Of a DNA stretch of 64,000 nt, positions 9,815-22,481 are shown one piece after another. The position numbers and the translations under genes are program-made. The notes under the pieces were generated by a model. That model was not told the DNA's origin and searched no databases. It was given only the letters and a program-made list of their open reading frames with translations. This stretch comes from Clostridia bacterium. GTDB taxonomy: Bacteria > Bacillota > Clostridia > TANB77 > CAG-508. Location: NCBI GenBank assembly GCA_022790575.1, contig JAAVXM010000025.1, forward strand, positions 67,761 through 131,760, written 5' to 3'. The first letter of the stretch is position 1. The number at the start of each line of letters is the position of its first letter.

Positions 9815-10606
9815 TTACAACTCATCATATGTTGCTTGCAACGCTCTACTGTGCATTTTGCTAATAGTCCCTTCCAATCTATCTGTAAGGCGTATTTGAG
9901 AAATCTCCTCCTGAGTCAACTCAAACCTTTTTGAGTTAATACGTTCTTCCATTTCATCACTGATATGGAAGTACTTAAAAGTATTTTCCACCAAAAACAA
10001 TGGATAAACTCTTTCAAAACTCTCTCTCACAATTAGATTACACCAATCACGATTGATTAGAAAACCTGTGTTTTCATAGACCATACCTACTAGCCTTAAG
10101 AATGAGGCTTCACAAAACAGGTCCAGTTGGCTACGAATCTCTTGCCCACTAAGCTGTTCTCCATTCCACTTAATTGTGCACACATCCTCAAATTTCCGGC
10201 TTTCATCTACCATATCTCTCCTCACCACTTCATCAAGTACTCTATCTTGGAGAAAATGCGCTCTTAAAGAACGATAATGTTGATGTTGCCTGTTAATGGC
10301 ATCAAACATTTCCAAATTGGTTAACTCTCCAATTGCTGCTTTGGGAAACTCTGGAATATAATATTCCATAAGGCTTGAGAAGTTTCCTTTTGTCAACTTT
10401 AGCAAAACTTCCTCTTCTGGGAATTTCATCCATGCAGTTTCACCATTGGGATTTACTTCAAAGTGGCTTGGTTGGCGTGTTCCTACATAGCCTCTGATTG
10501 AATCGGGAAGCAATGTATAGGGAAGTTCCTCTCTTACATCTTTAAAGGATTTTCCTTTTTTTAGCATTGCCCAAAAGAACAGTGCTGCATGTTGCCGTAT
10601 ATTCAT
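9815..10606 (-). CDS. hypothetical protein, compositionally foreign (by eye similar to the 317-aa ORF, about 40% GC), function unknown
   Basis: 263 aa ORF, GGAGGG RBS 6 nt upstream; GC by eye comparable to the neighbouring 317-aa ORF; no family recognised by eye. Confidence 0.5.
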   Translation of the reverse strand: MNIRQHAALFFWAMLKKGKSFKDVREELPYTLLPDSIRGYVGTRQPSHFEVNPNGETAWMKFPEEEVLLKLTKGNFSSLMEYYIPEFPKAAIGELTNLEMFDAINRQHQHYRSLRAHFLQDRVLDEVVRRDMVDESRKFEDVCTIKWNGEQLSGQEIRSQLDLFCEASFLRLVGMVYENTGFLINRDWCNLIVRESFERVYPLFLVENTFKYFHISDEMEERINSKRFELTQEEISQIRLTDRLEGTISKMHSRALQATYDEL

Positions 10607-10699
10607 ATTTGTCCCTCCATATGTTGTTAGTTTATAACTAACTGCAAAATATTTTGTACATGTTATATTATACTATATTTTTCATAAAATTACAAATCT

Positions 10700-11665
10700 C
10701 TATTTTAACCATTCTGGATTTTCTAAATACCAATCAATTGTTTTTATAATTCCATCTTCAAATTTTGTTTTTGGAGACCATCCAAGTTCTGTACTTATTT
10801 TTGTTGGGTCAATTGCATATCTATAATCATGACCTTTTCTATCTTCAACAAATTCAATTAATTCTTCTGGTTTATTAAGTCTTTTCAATATTAGTTTTAC
10901 TATATCTATATTTCTCTTTTCATTATGTCCACCTATATTGTATCTCTCTCCTGACTTTCCTTTATGAAATACAATATCAACTGCTTCACAATGGTCTTCT
11001 ACATATAACCAGTCTCTAATATTTTTTCCTACTCCATATACTGGTAGTTTTTCATTTTTTAGAGCTAATTTAATCATATGAGGAATAAGTTTTTCATTAT
11101 GTTGGTATGGTCCATAATTGTTTGAACAGTTTGTAACATTTACATTCATTTTATATGTTGTATGATATGCTAATGCAACTAAATCGGAACTTGCTTTTGA
11201 TGATGAATATGGACTACTTGGTTGAATTGGTGAAGCCTCAGTAAAATATCCTTCCTCACCCAACGCTCCATATACTTCATCTGTAGATATATGTAAAAAT
11301 TTATTTTCTGAACCTTCTCCCCATGCTCTTCTTGCTGTTTCTAATAGTGTATGTGTTCCTATTACATTTGTATGTGTGAATACAAATGGGTTTTTTATAC
11401 TGTTATCTACATGTGACTCTGCTGCAAAGTGTATAACTCCATTAATTTGGTATTTCTCAAATATTTCTTGCATTTTTTCAAAGTCACATATATCTGCTTG
11501 TATAAATGTTATTTTATCTTTTATCTTCTCTAAATTTGCTAGATTTCCTGCATATGTTAGTTTGTCCACTACAATTATATTATAATCTGGATATTTGTTT
11601 ACAAAGTATTCTGCAAAATTTGCTCCTATAAATCCTGCTGCACCTGTTACTAATATGTTTTTCAT
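10700..11665 (-). CDS. rfbB: dTDP-glucose 4,6-dehydratase
   Basis: 321 aa; MKNILVTGAAGFIGANF NAD-binding motif, SDR-extended fold. Confidence 0.9.
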   Translation of the reverse strand: MKNILVTGAAGFIGANFAEYFVNKYPDYNIIVVDKLTYAGNLANLEKIKDKITFIQADICDFEKMQEIFEKYQINGVIHFAAESHVDNSIKNPFVFTHTNVIGTHTLLETARRAWGEGSENKFLHISTDEVYGALGEEGYFTEASPIQPSSPYSSSKASSDLVALAYHTTYKMNVNVTNCSNNYGPYQHNEKLIPHMIKLALKNEKLPVYGVGKNIRDWLYVEDHCEAVDIVFHKGKSGERYNIGGHNEKRNIDIVKLILKRLNKPEELIEFVEDRKGHDYRYAIDPTKISTELGWSPKTKFEDGIIKTIDWYLENPEWLK

Positions 11666-11692
11666 ATAAATTCTCCTTTTAAATGTACTTTA

Positions 11693-12271
11693 TTATAAAT
11701 TTTTAAATAAGTCTGAATTTTTCAATTCTTTTAATGAAGGCCATTTTGCATCTTTATCAGATGTAATTAATTCTTCAACTTTTAAATTTCCCATAGGCCA
11801 TTTGATTGCAATATCTGGGTCATCATATTTTAATCCACCTTCTGCTTCATGATTATATATATCATCACATTTATATACAAATTCAGCTTCTTCTGATAAT
11901 ACTAAAAATCCATGCGCAAAGCCTCTTGGTATCATAAACATTTTTTTATTTTCTTCTGTTAAAATAATACCTTCCCATTTTCCATAAGTCTTACTGTTTG
12001 GCCTTAAATCAACTGCTACATCAAATACTTCTCCTTTTATACATCTTACAAGTTTTGCTTGAGTATTCTCTTTTTGAAAATGTAGTCCTCTTAAAACACC
12101 TTTTTTTGACTTTGATTGATTGTCTTGAACAAAGTCATAATCCAAACCGATTTCTTTAAAGTCATTTTTACTGTATGTTTCCATAAAATATCCTCTATTA
12201 TCTCCAAATACTGTTGGTTCTATAATACAAACACCTTCTATTGATGTATCGATTCTTTTAAATTTTCCCAT
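11693..12271 (-). CDS. rfbC: dTDP-4-dehydrorhamnose 3,5-epimerase
   Basis: 192 aa; RmlC cupin family (RGLHFQ...). Confidence 0.9.
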   Translation of the reverse strand: MGKFKRIDTSIEGVCIIEPTVFGDNRGYFMETYSKNDFKEIGLDYDFVQDNQSKSKKGVLRGLHFQKENTQAKLVRCIKGEVFDVAVDLRPNSKTYGKWEGIILTEENKKMFMIPRGFAHGFLVLSEEAEFVYKCDDIYNHEAEGGLKYDDPDIAIKWPMGNLKVEELITSDKDAKWPSLKELKNSDLFKNL

Positions 12272-12290
12272 ATTAATTCTCCTTATCTAA

Positions 12291-13220
12291 TTATTCGCTA
12301 AAATCAAATAATTCTCCTTCATATATTTCATGATAGTCTAACTCTTCATTATCTAATACTGATTTTAGATGTTTACCATATTCTGTTTTCTTATAACCTT
12401 TAATTGCTTCCTCAACATCTTCTCTTTTCATCCAGCCTTGTTTATATGCTATTTCTTCTAAACATGCAATTTGTATTCCTTGTCTTAATTCAATTGCCTT
12501 TACAAAGTCTGAAGCGTCTGATAATCTGTCTGCTGTTCCTGTATCAAACCATGCAAATCCATCTCCTAAAGGTATTACTTTTAATTTTCCTTTTTCCATG
12601 TATGCTTTATTTACATCTGTTATTTCTAATTCTCCTCTATCAGAAGGTTGTATCTTTTTAGCAATCTCCACAACTTCATTATCATAAAAATATATTCCTG
12701 GTACAGCTAAAGAAGATTTTGGCTTTTCTGGCTTTTCTTCTATTGATAAAGCTGTTCCATTTTTATCTATTTCAACAACACCATATGATGTAGGGTCTGC
12801 AACTTTATATCCAAAGATTAATCCTCCTTCTTGCAAATTATTAGCTGCTTGTAATAATCTTTGTAGTCTTGAACCATATATCATATTATCTCCTAGAATT
12901 AATGCAACATTGTCTTCTCCTATAAATTCTTCTCCTACTCTAAATGCATCTGCAAGTCCTATTGGTTTTTCTTGAACTTTGTATTCAAATCTCATTCCCA
13001 ATCTTGAACCATCTCCCAATAAACTTTCAAATGATGGTAAATGTGCTGGTGTTGATATTATTAATACTTCTCTTATCCCTGCCATCATTAATGCTGATAG
13101 TGGATAATATATCATTGGCTTGTCATATACTGGTAACATTTGTTTTGATACAGCAAGTGTTATTGGATATAACCTTGTAGCACTACCCCCTGCTAAAATA
13201 ATTCCTTTTCTATTTTTCAT
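12291..13220 (-). CDS. rfbA: glucose-1-phosphate thymidylyltransferase
   Basis: 309 aa; GIILAGGSATRLYPIT signature. Confidence 0.9.
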   Translation of the reverse strand: MKNRKGIILAGGSATRLYPITLAVSKQMLPVYDKPMIYYPLSALMMAGIREVLIISTPAHLPSFESLLGDGSRLGMRFEYKVQEKPIGLADAFRVGEEFIGEDNVALILGDNMIYGSRLQRLLQAANNLQEGGLIFGYKVADPTSYGVVEIDKNGTALSIEEKPEKPKSSLAVPGIYFYDNEVVEIAKKIQPSDRGELEITDVNKAYMEKGKLKVIPLGDGFAWFDTGTADRLSDASDFVKAIELRQGIQIACLEEIAYKQGWMKREDVEEAIKGYKKTEYGKHLKSVLDNEELDYHEIYEGELFDFSE

Positions 13221-14082
13221 TTTCCTTCACCTCTTTTAAATATCTCCTTAAACCATCTTCCCATTTAGGTATTTCTATTCCTAAATTTAATAACTTATCT
13301 TTTGATAATTGAGAATTATATGGTCTCTTGGCTTGTGTGATTTTCATCATTTCTATGTATTCTTCTGTGGTTACAGGATTTACTTTACATCCTATCTTTT
13401 GTTCGTCTAATATTGCTTTTGTAAAGTCATACCATGTTGTATATCCTTGGTTTGTTGCATTATATATTCCATATGGTATTTTCTTATTTATTGCTTGATA
13501 TATTATTTCAGCTAGGTCTACTGCATATGTTGGACTTCCATGTTGGTCTGACACAACATTTAATTCATCTCTTGTTGAACCTAATTTTGTCATTGTTTTT
13601 ACAAAGTTGTTTCCACCTATTCCATATAACCATGCTGTTCTAAATATGTAATATTCTTCCATATTTTTTTCTATTTCTTGTTCTCCATGTAATTTAGTTT
13701 TTCCATAAACTGTTACAGGCGCTGTTTCATCATCTTCTTTATAGTCTTTTGCTATATCTAAGTCTCCTCCAAAAACATAGTCTGTTGAAATATGTACTAG
13801 TTTTGCTCCTACTGCTTTTGATGCTTTTGCTAAGTTCCCTGGTCCTTCTCCATTTATTTTTTCTGCTATTTCATAATTTTCTTCTGCTTTGTCTACAGCT
13901 GTATATGCTGCACAGTTTATTATATAGTCTGGTTTTATATCTGCTGTGTATTTCATTACTGCAATTTCATCTGTTATATCTAGTTGTTCTACATCTGTTT
14001 CAATTATCTCATTCTCTTTTTTAAATCTCTCTTTTACTTCTTTTGCCAACATTCCATTAGCTCCAGTTAATAATATCTTCAT
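13210..14082 (-). CDS. rfbD: dTDP-4-dehydrorhamnose reductase
   Basis: 290 aa; MKILLTGANGMLA Rossmann motif, RmlD family. Confidence 0.9.
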   Translation of the reverse strand: MKILLTGANGMLAKEVKERFKKENEIIETDVEQLDITDEIAVMKYTADIKPDYIINCAAYTAVDKAEENYEIAEKINGEGPGNLAKASKAVGAKLVHISTDYVFGGDLDIAKDYKEDDETAPVTVYGKTKLHGEQEIEKNMEEYYIFRTAWLYGIGGNNFVKTMTKLGSTRDELNVVSDQHGSPTYAVDLAEIIYQAINKKIPYGIYNATNQGYTTWYDFTKAILDEQKIGCKVNPVTTEEYIEMMKITQAKRPYNSQLSKDKLLNLGIEIPKWEDGLRRYLKEVKENEK

Positions 14083-14286
14083 TACTTTCCACCTTTCTTT
14101 ATTTTAAATCTTCTTTGATATAATATCATACCCCCCCAAAAAATACAACCCCTTTTATTATGGTTTATTATATATTTATTTTAAACTTATATTTCATTAC
14201 TGATTATGACATTTCTATTTAATTCACTCCATTTGCAAAAAAATAATACCTCAACTAGATTTAACTAATTGAGATATCTTTTATTA

Positions 14287-15618
<1,332 letters not shown>

Positions 15619-15642
15619 TTAAATTTGCTTTTTAGCACATCT

Positions 15643-16305
15643 TTATTTACTTAATATTTGATTTATTGTCTTTTTTACACCTTGATTTTTTGCTAAATAT
15701 TCAACACGCTGATTTTCTTTAAAATCAGTTGTGTCATATGTAATTATGTTTGTTTTTCTTTTTAAATAAACTCCTGTATCATATTCTTCATCATGCTTAT
15801 TACTTGGCTTTCTTTCAGCCAAGTATTCTTCTATTGCTTCTTTTTCTCTTTTGCTGTGTGGCTCTATATTAAGATATTTGTATCTCCAATATATATGGTG
15901 TGAATAATATGAATTTTGAGTTCCTGATAATTTATCATAATTATATTCTATTTTAAATCTATTGTTTTTGATTGTTATTGTAATATTTGACCAAACTGGC
16001 TGGTTACTTTTTATAAATTCTTCTCGAAGTTCTTTTATATTATCATATAACAAATTGATTAAATTTAAATACTCTTCTTCTTCAATATCATATTTAGAAG
16101 GGACTTCATATACATTTATAAACTTCCTTTTTAATAGTGCTTTTGGTAAAAAGTAGAAATACATTTCACCTGTTTGGATTTTTCCCAATCGCTCTATTAT
16201 TGAAGCATAAAGATATAATTCATCCCATTTCCCAGGTACAGCATAAAATATCTTTCTCTGGATTTCTTCATATAATTCTTTTATTCTTTTAGTATTATTT
16301 AACAC
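15643..16305 (-). CDS. hypothetical protein inserted between gpmI and eno
   Basis: 220 aa soluble ORF, K/E/Y-rich, no recognised domain; interrupts otherwise conserved gap-pgk-tpi-gpmI-eno order. Confidence 0.45.
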   Translation of the reverse strand: MLNNTKRIKELYEEIQRKIFYAVPGKWDELYLYASIIERLGKIQTGEMYFYFLPKALLKRKFINVYEVPSKYDIEEEEYLNLINLLYDNIKELREEFIKSNQPVWSNITITIKNNRFKIEYNYDKLSGTQNSYYSHHIYWRYKYLNIEPHSKREKEAIEEYLAERKPSNKHDEEYDTGVYLKRKTNIITYDTTDFKENQRVEYLAKNQGVKKTINQILSK

Positions 16306-16329
16306 TTTTCTTTCACCCTTCGTTGTGAA

Positions 16330-17862
16330 TTATTTTTCCAAAATACTTTCCCCTGTCATTTCTGAAGGCTTATTTATTCCTAATATTTCTAATAAAGTTG
16401 GTGCTAAATCTGCTAATTTACCAGATTTTACTTTTAATGTTTCATCATTTGATACTAGTATTAATGGAACTGGATTTGTTGTGTGCGCTGTATGTGGTTC
16501 ACCTGTTGTACAATCAATCATTTGCTCACAATTACCATGGTCTGCTGTTATTATAAGTACTCCTTCATGTTTTAATATACAATCTGATACTTTTCCAACA
16601 CATTCATCTATTACCTCTACTGCCTTGATTGCTGCTGATAAGTTCCCTGTATGCCCTACCATATCTGGATTTGCATAGTTTAATATTATTGTGTCATATT
16701 TATTCTCATTTATTGAGTCTATAACATTTTGTGTTACTTCATATGCACTCATTTCTGGTTTTAAATCATATGTTGCAACTTTAGGTGATGGTACTAATAT
16801 TCTATCCTCTCCTGAGAATTGTTTTTCTTCTCCTCCATTGAAGAAAAATGTTACATGTGCATATTTTTCTGTTTCCGCTATACGAAGTTGAGTTAGCCCA
16901 TTTTTACTTACTACTTCTCCAAATGTATTTATTATTGGCTCTTTTTTAAATGCAACTTCTACATTTGGCATTGTTTCATCATAGTTTGTAAAACACACAT
17001 AATATATATTCATTTTCTTTGTTTCAAATTCTTTAAAATCTTTATCAACTATTGCTCTTGTTATTTGTCTTGCCCTATCTGGTCTAAAATTGAAAAATAT
17101 TACAGAATCGTTTTCTTCAATTGTTGCTATAGGTGTGTCTCCATTACAAATAACTGTTGGTTCAACAAATTCATCAAATACTTCCTTTTGATATGAACTT
17201 TCTATTGCTATAGTTGCAGAGTTGGCTTTATTTCCTTCACCTTTTACTAGTACATCATAGCATTTTTGAACTCTTTCCCATCTTTTATCTCTATCCATTG
17301 CATAATATCTTCCTGATATACTTGCTATTTTTCCTATTTCTTTTTCTTTCATCTTTTCTTCTAATTGCAATATATAGCTTTCTCCTGAAGCGGGTGGAGT
17401 GTCTCTCCCATCTAAGAAACAATGTACATATACATTTTCAAAGTCTCTTCTTTTTGCCATTTCTAATAATCCATAAAGATGTCTTATATGACTATGAACT
17501 CCTCCATCTGACACTAGTCCTAGTATATGCAATTTTGAATTGTGCTTTTTACAGTTTTCTATTGCTTCTGTGAATTCTGGAACTGTAAAAAAGTCTCCAT
17601 CTTCAATCGATTTTGTTATTTTTGTTAGTTCTTGATATACTATTCTTCCTGCACCAATATTTGTATGCCCTACTTCTGAATTTCCCATTTGTCCTTCTGG
17701 TAATCCCACCTGTAGTCCACTTGTATATATTTCTGTAGTTGGATATTTTTTCATTAGTTTATCAATATTAGGCGTATTTGCTAATTTTGCTGCATTTGCA
17801 TCTCCTTGATTATTTATCCCAAATCCATCCAATATCATTAGCATTACTGGTTTTTTTTTCAT
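16330..17862 (-). CDS. gpmI: 2,3-bisphosphoglycerate-independent phosphoglycerate mutase
   Basis: 510 aa; iPGM family end to end. Confidence 0.95.
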   Translation of the reverse strand: MKKKPVMLMILDGFGINNQGDANAAKLANTPNIDKLMKKYPTTEIYTSGLQVGLPEGQMGNSEVGHTNIGAGRIVYQELTKITKSIEDGDFFTVPEFTEAIENCKKHNSKLHILGLVSDGGVHSHIRHLYGLLEMAKRRDFENVYVHCFLDGRDTPPASGESYILQLEEKMKEKEIGKIASISGRYYAMDRDKRWERVQKCYDVLVKGEGNKANSATIAIESSYQKEVFDEFVEPTVICNGDTPIATIEENDSVIFFNFRPDRARQITRAIVDKDFKEFETKKMNIYYVCFTNYDETMPNVEVAFKKEPIINTFGEVVSKNGLTQLRIAETEKYAHVTFFFNGGEEKQFSGEDRILVPSPKVATYDLKPEMSAYEVTQNVIDSINENKYDTIILNYANPDMVGHTGNLSAAIKAVEVIDECVGKVSDCILKHEGVLIITADHGNCEQMIDCTTGEPHTAHTTNPVPLILVSNDETLKVKSGKLADLAPTLLEILGINKPSEMTGESILEK

Positions 17863-17905
17863 TTTCTTTTCCTATATCCTTTCTCTTTTTAATGTAAAAA
17901 ACTTT

Positions 17906-18658
17906 TTAATTGTCAAATTGTACTATTTTTGAGAATTCTTCTGCATTAAGACTTGCTCCTCCTACTAATCCTCCATCAATGTCTGACATTTCGAAAAGAC
18001 TTTTTGCATTTGAGCTTTTTACACTTCCACCATATTGTATTATGATTTTGTCTGATTTGTTCTGCCCATATATTTCTGATATTTTTTTTCTTATTTGCAT
18101 TATGGCTTCATTTGCTTCTTCTTTTGTCGCTGTATTTCCTGTTCCTATAGCCCATATAGGTTCATATGCTATAATGATTTTCTCTAAGCTTTCTTGTTCT
18201 ATTCCTTCTAGTGCTTTTTCTATTTGTTTTGATATGACTTTTTCTGTTATTCCTTGTTCTCTTTGCTCTAAAGTCTCTCCAACACATACTATTGGTTTTA
18301 ATCCAACTTTTAAGGCTTGTTTTACTTTTTTATTAACTATTTCATCTGTTTCAGAAAAATATTGCCTTCTTTCAGAATGTCCAATTATAACATATTCCAC
18401 ACCTATTGATTTTAACATTTGCCCAGAAACTTCCCCTGTATATGCTCCACTTTCTTCCCAATGCATGTTTTGTGCCCCAACTTTTATGTTTGTTCCTTGT
18501 ACATTTAATAATACATAAAATAGGTCTGTATATGGAACACATATAATTACTTCGTTTTTTGTATTTTTTACTAGAGGTGTTAATTTTTCTATAAAGTCAA
18601 TTGCTTCATTTGGAAGCATATTCATTTTCCAGTTTCCTGCAATAACTTTTCTTCTCAT
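17906..18658 (-). CDS. tpiA: triose-phosphate isomerase
   Basis: 250 aa; IIGHSERR and AYEPIWAIGTG motifs. Confidence 0.95.
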   Translation of the reverse strand: MRRKVIAGNWKMNMLPNEAIDFIEKLTPLVKNTKNEVIICVPYTDLFYVLLNVQGTNIKVGAQNMHWEESGAYTGEVSGQMLKSIGVEYVIIGHSERRQYFSETDEIVNKKVKQALKVGLKPIVCVGETLEQREQGITEKVISKQIEKALEGIEQESLEKIIIAYEPIWAIGTGNTATKEEANEAIMQIRKKISEIYGQNKSDKIIIQYGGSVKSSNAKSLFEMSDIDGGLVGGASLNAEEFSKIVQFDN

Positions 18659-18685
18659 GTTTCTTCTCCTTATATTATCTAATCT

Positions 18686-19930
18686 TTATCTATCGCCATC
18701 GTCATCTTCTCTTGAACAACATTTTTCTTTATCCATTAAGCACTCTATTCCTGGTAATTTCTTTCCTTCTAAGAATTCTAGTGATGCTCCTCCTCCTGTT
18801 GAAATATGTGTCATCTTATCTGCTAATCCTGCTTTTTCTATAGCTGCTGCAGAATCTCCTCCACCTATTATTGTTGTTGCCTCTATTTTTCCTAAAGCTT
18901 CTGCAATTGTATTTGTTCCTTTAGCAAATTCGTCTATTTCAAACATTCCTAAAGGTCCATTCCATATAACTGTTTTTGCTGATTTTAATTCATGTTTCAA
19001 TAATTCCATAGTCTTTTCTCCAATGTCAAAACCTTTCCATCCTTCTGGCATTTGTGTAGCTGGTACTGTTTTATATTCTGACATAAGTTTACCATTTTCG
19101 TCAACTTCATTGTCTTTCCCAACTACATTATCTATAGGAAGAATTAAGTTTACACCTTTTTCTTTAGCTTTTTTTATTAATTCTAATGCTAAATTACATT
19201 TATCTGGCTCACATAGAGAATCTCCTACTTCATAACCTTGTGCTTTTAAGAATGTGTAACTCATCGCTCCACCAATTATTAATGTATCAACTTTTTCAAG
19301 TAAACTTTCTATTACACTTATCTTGTCTGATACTTTTGCTCCACCAAGTATTGCTACATATGGTCTTTTAGGATTGTCTAAGCTGTCTCCTAAGAATTTT
19401 AATTCTTTTTCTATTAGAAATCCTGATACTGCTGGTAAATATTCAGCCACTCCTGCTGTTGATGCATGTGCTCTATGTGCTGTTCCAAATGCATCATTTA
19501 CATATATTTCTGCCATATCTGCTAACTTTTTAGCAAATTCAGGGTCATTGTCTGTTTCTTCTCTATGAAATCTTACATTTTCAAGTAACATTACTTGACC
19601 TTCTTTTAAATCTGAAGACATTTCTTGAGCATTTTCTCCTATTACATCTTTTGACATTGGTACTTCTTGCCCAAGTAATTCTGATATTCTTTTTGCTACT
19701 GGTGCTAATGAATATTCTGGGTTAGCTTCTCCTTTTGGTCTACCTAAGTGTGAACATAGTATTACTTTACACTTTTGGTCTAATAAGTATTTTATTGTTG
19801 GTAATGCTTCAACTATTCTTCTATCATCTGTAATTTCTCCTGTTTTTTTATCTATTGGTACATTAAAGTCACATCTTACTAGTACTTTCTTTCCTTTTAA
19901 ATCTATATCTCTTATTGTTTTTTTACTCAT
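18686..19930 (-). CDS. pgk: phosphoglycerate kinase (start set at internal MSKK with GGA RBS; ORF track begins 11 codons upstream)
   Basis: PGK family throughout; unusual ~15-aa Cys/Asp-rich C-terminal tail ([19 protein letters not shown]). Confidence 0.9.
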   Translation of the reverse strand: MSKKTIRDIDLKGKKVLVRCDFNVPIDKKTGEITDDRRIVEALPTIKYLLDQKCKVILCSHLGRPKGEANPEYSLAPVAKRISELLGQEVPMSKDVIGENAQEMSSDLKEGQVMLLENVRFHREETDNDPEFAKKLADMAEIYVNDAFGTAHRAHASTAGVAEYLPAVSGFLIEKELKFLGDSLDNPKRPYVAILGGAKVSDKISVIESLLEKVDTLIIGGAMSYTFLKAQGYEVGDSLCEPDKCNLALELIKKAKEKGVNLILPIDNVVGKDNEVDENGKLMSEYKTVPATQMPEGWKGFDIGEKTMELLKHELKSAKTVIWNGPLGMFEIDEFAKGTNTIAEALGKIEATTIIGGGDSAAAIEKAGLADKMTHISTGGGASLEFLEGKKLPGIECLMDKEKCCSREDDDGDR

Positions 19931-20067
19931 AACAATCAATCCTTTCAATTTAACTAATATCATGAAGTTAAATTCTTCTAACGTCCTTTTTATAATTTTA
20001 TTTTTTTGAGGCTTTCTATTTGTATAATATCAATTTATAGTTGAAAACCTCAAAATACTATTTCTTT

Positions 20068-21120
<1,053 letters not shown>

Positions 21121-21199
21121 CTAACTTCTATTATTTACCTTTCTAGGCAATTTTATTCTATAATAAAAAACACTACTTTTCAAGTAGTATTTCAAAATT

Positions 21200-21634
21200 T
21201 TACAAATATTTTTTTAGTGTCTCTATACTATCTTCTTGCATTACTACAAAATCATTTAAAATTTGTTTTACTTTTGAGTCCACACTTGGGTTATTATTTA
21301 ATAGTCTTCTCCCCTCAATTATTCCCATATTTGTACCTTGCATTAATAATTCTGATATCTTTGAATTACTTTGGTCATTAATTGTTTTCATATTTATACC
21401 ATACCATGTCATCATTTTGTTCATTGCATTTGTCTCTTGTGGCTTATCAAAACTGTATTCTGAATATATTTCGTCAACTCTGTCTGCTATCTTTTTATAT
21501 TTCCCATATTCTACATTTAATACTTCCTCAAATTTGTTATCTTTGACTTTGTTTAGAATAAACGAAATTGCATCCATACCCATTGTAGTTCCTTTATTAA
21601 CTTCGTCTAAAACTTTTACATTTTGCTCTCCCAT
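21200..21634 (-). CDS. hypothetical helical protein
   Basis: 144 aa, predicted all-helical, no recognised motif. Confidence 0.35.
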   Translation of the reverse strand: MGEQNVKVLDEVNKGTTMGMDAISFILNKVKDNKFEEVLNVEYGKYKKIADRVDEIYSEYSFDKPQETNAMNKMMTWYGINMKTINDQSNSKISELLMQGTNMGIIEGRRLLNNNPSVDSKVKQILNDFVVMQEDSIETLKKYL

Positions 21635-21730
21635 AATTACCTCCTTTTTGTTAGATTTTCCATTTTATTTATTTTTATACATGGTCATGCACTTTTATTT
21701 TTTTCTAGCATATATTGGGTTTAGAGGTTA

Positions 21731-22453
21731 TTGCTCGAATGGAGGTTTTTTATGTTTTTTTCCCTTTGTGTAAATGGTTTTTTACATTTTTTACAATATG
21801 CTGTCTTTGCTGTTGGATATATTTCAGGAACTACTCTTTTTCCTGAGCCTTTGAGTTCAGATGATGAACAAAAATATCTTGAGAAATTGAGTAATGGTGA
21901 TGAAGAAGCTAGAAACATTCTTATAGAAAGGAATTTAAGATTAGTTGCTCATGTTTGCAAAAAGTATAACAGTTCAAATATTGACCCAGATGATTTAATT
22001 TCTATTGGTACAATTGGTTTAATTAAAGGTATAAATAGTTTTAAAGTAGAAAAAGGCGCTAGACTTTCTACATATGTTTCTCGTTGTATTGATAATGAAA
22101 TTCTTATGCATTTTAGAGCCACGAAAAAGCTTGGAGCTGAAGTCTATCTGAATGAACCTATTGGCAAAGATAAAGATGATAATGTTATTACTTTACAAGA
22201 GGTTCTGGAAAATGATGATAAATCTGTTGAGGATTCTGTTGATTTAAAGATGAAAGTTAAATTGCTGTATGAAAAAATGAAAAGTAGTTTAAAGTCTAGA
22301 GAACGTACTATTTTGGAATTGCGTTTTGGTTTAGATGGTCATAAACCTAAAACTCAAATCGAAATCGCTGAACAAATGGGTATTTCACGTTCCTATGTAT
22401 CCCGAATTGAAACAAAGGCAATAAATAAATTAGCAAAAGAAATAAAGGAATAA
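21731..22453 (+). CDS. sigK: RNA polymerase sporulation sigma factor K precursor (pro-sigma-K), uninterrupted
   Basis: 240 aa; hydrophobic pro-sequence ending ...FPEPLSSDDEQKYL (cf. B. subtilis pro-sigK ...FPQPLS), regions 2 and 4 of sigma-70 family; no skin-like interruption. Confidence 0.85.
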   Translation: MLEWRFFMFFSLCVNGFLHFLQYAVFAVGYISGTTLFPEPLSSDDEQKYLEKLSNGDEEARNILIERNLRLVAHVCKKYNSSNIDPDDLISIGTIGLIKGINSFKVEKGARLSTYVSRCIDNEILMHFRATKKLGAEVYLNEPIGKDKDDNVITLQEVLENDDKSVEDSVDLKMKVKLLYEKMKSSLKSRERTILELRFGLDGHKPKTQIEIAEQMGISRSYVSRIETKAINKLAKEIKE

Positions 22454-22481
22454 ATGGTTACCCATTTATTCCTTTTATAAA

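Noticed and set aside
17910-18518. 202-aa plus-strand ORF opposite tpiA, and similar long antisense ORFs (e.g. 42117..42983, 18657..19235, 26801..27361)
   Set aside because: They lie antisense to well-conserved genes with clear homology and have low-complexity S/F/L-rich translations typical of AT-rich antisense frames.
21731-22453. Possibility that sigK is interrupted by a skin-like element
   Set aside because: The ORF is continuous from the pro-sequence through region 4, so no intervening element is present.
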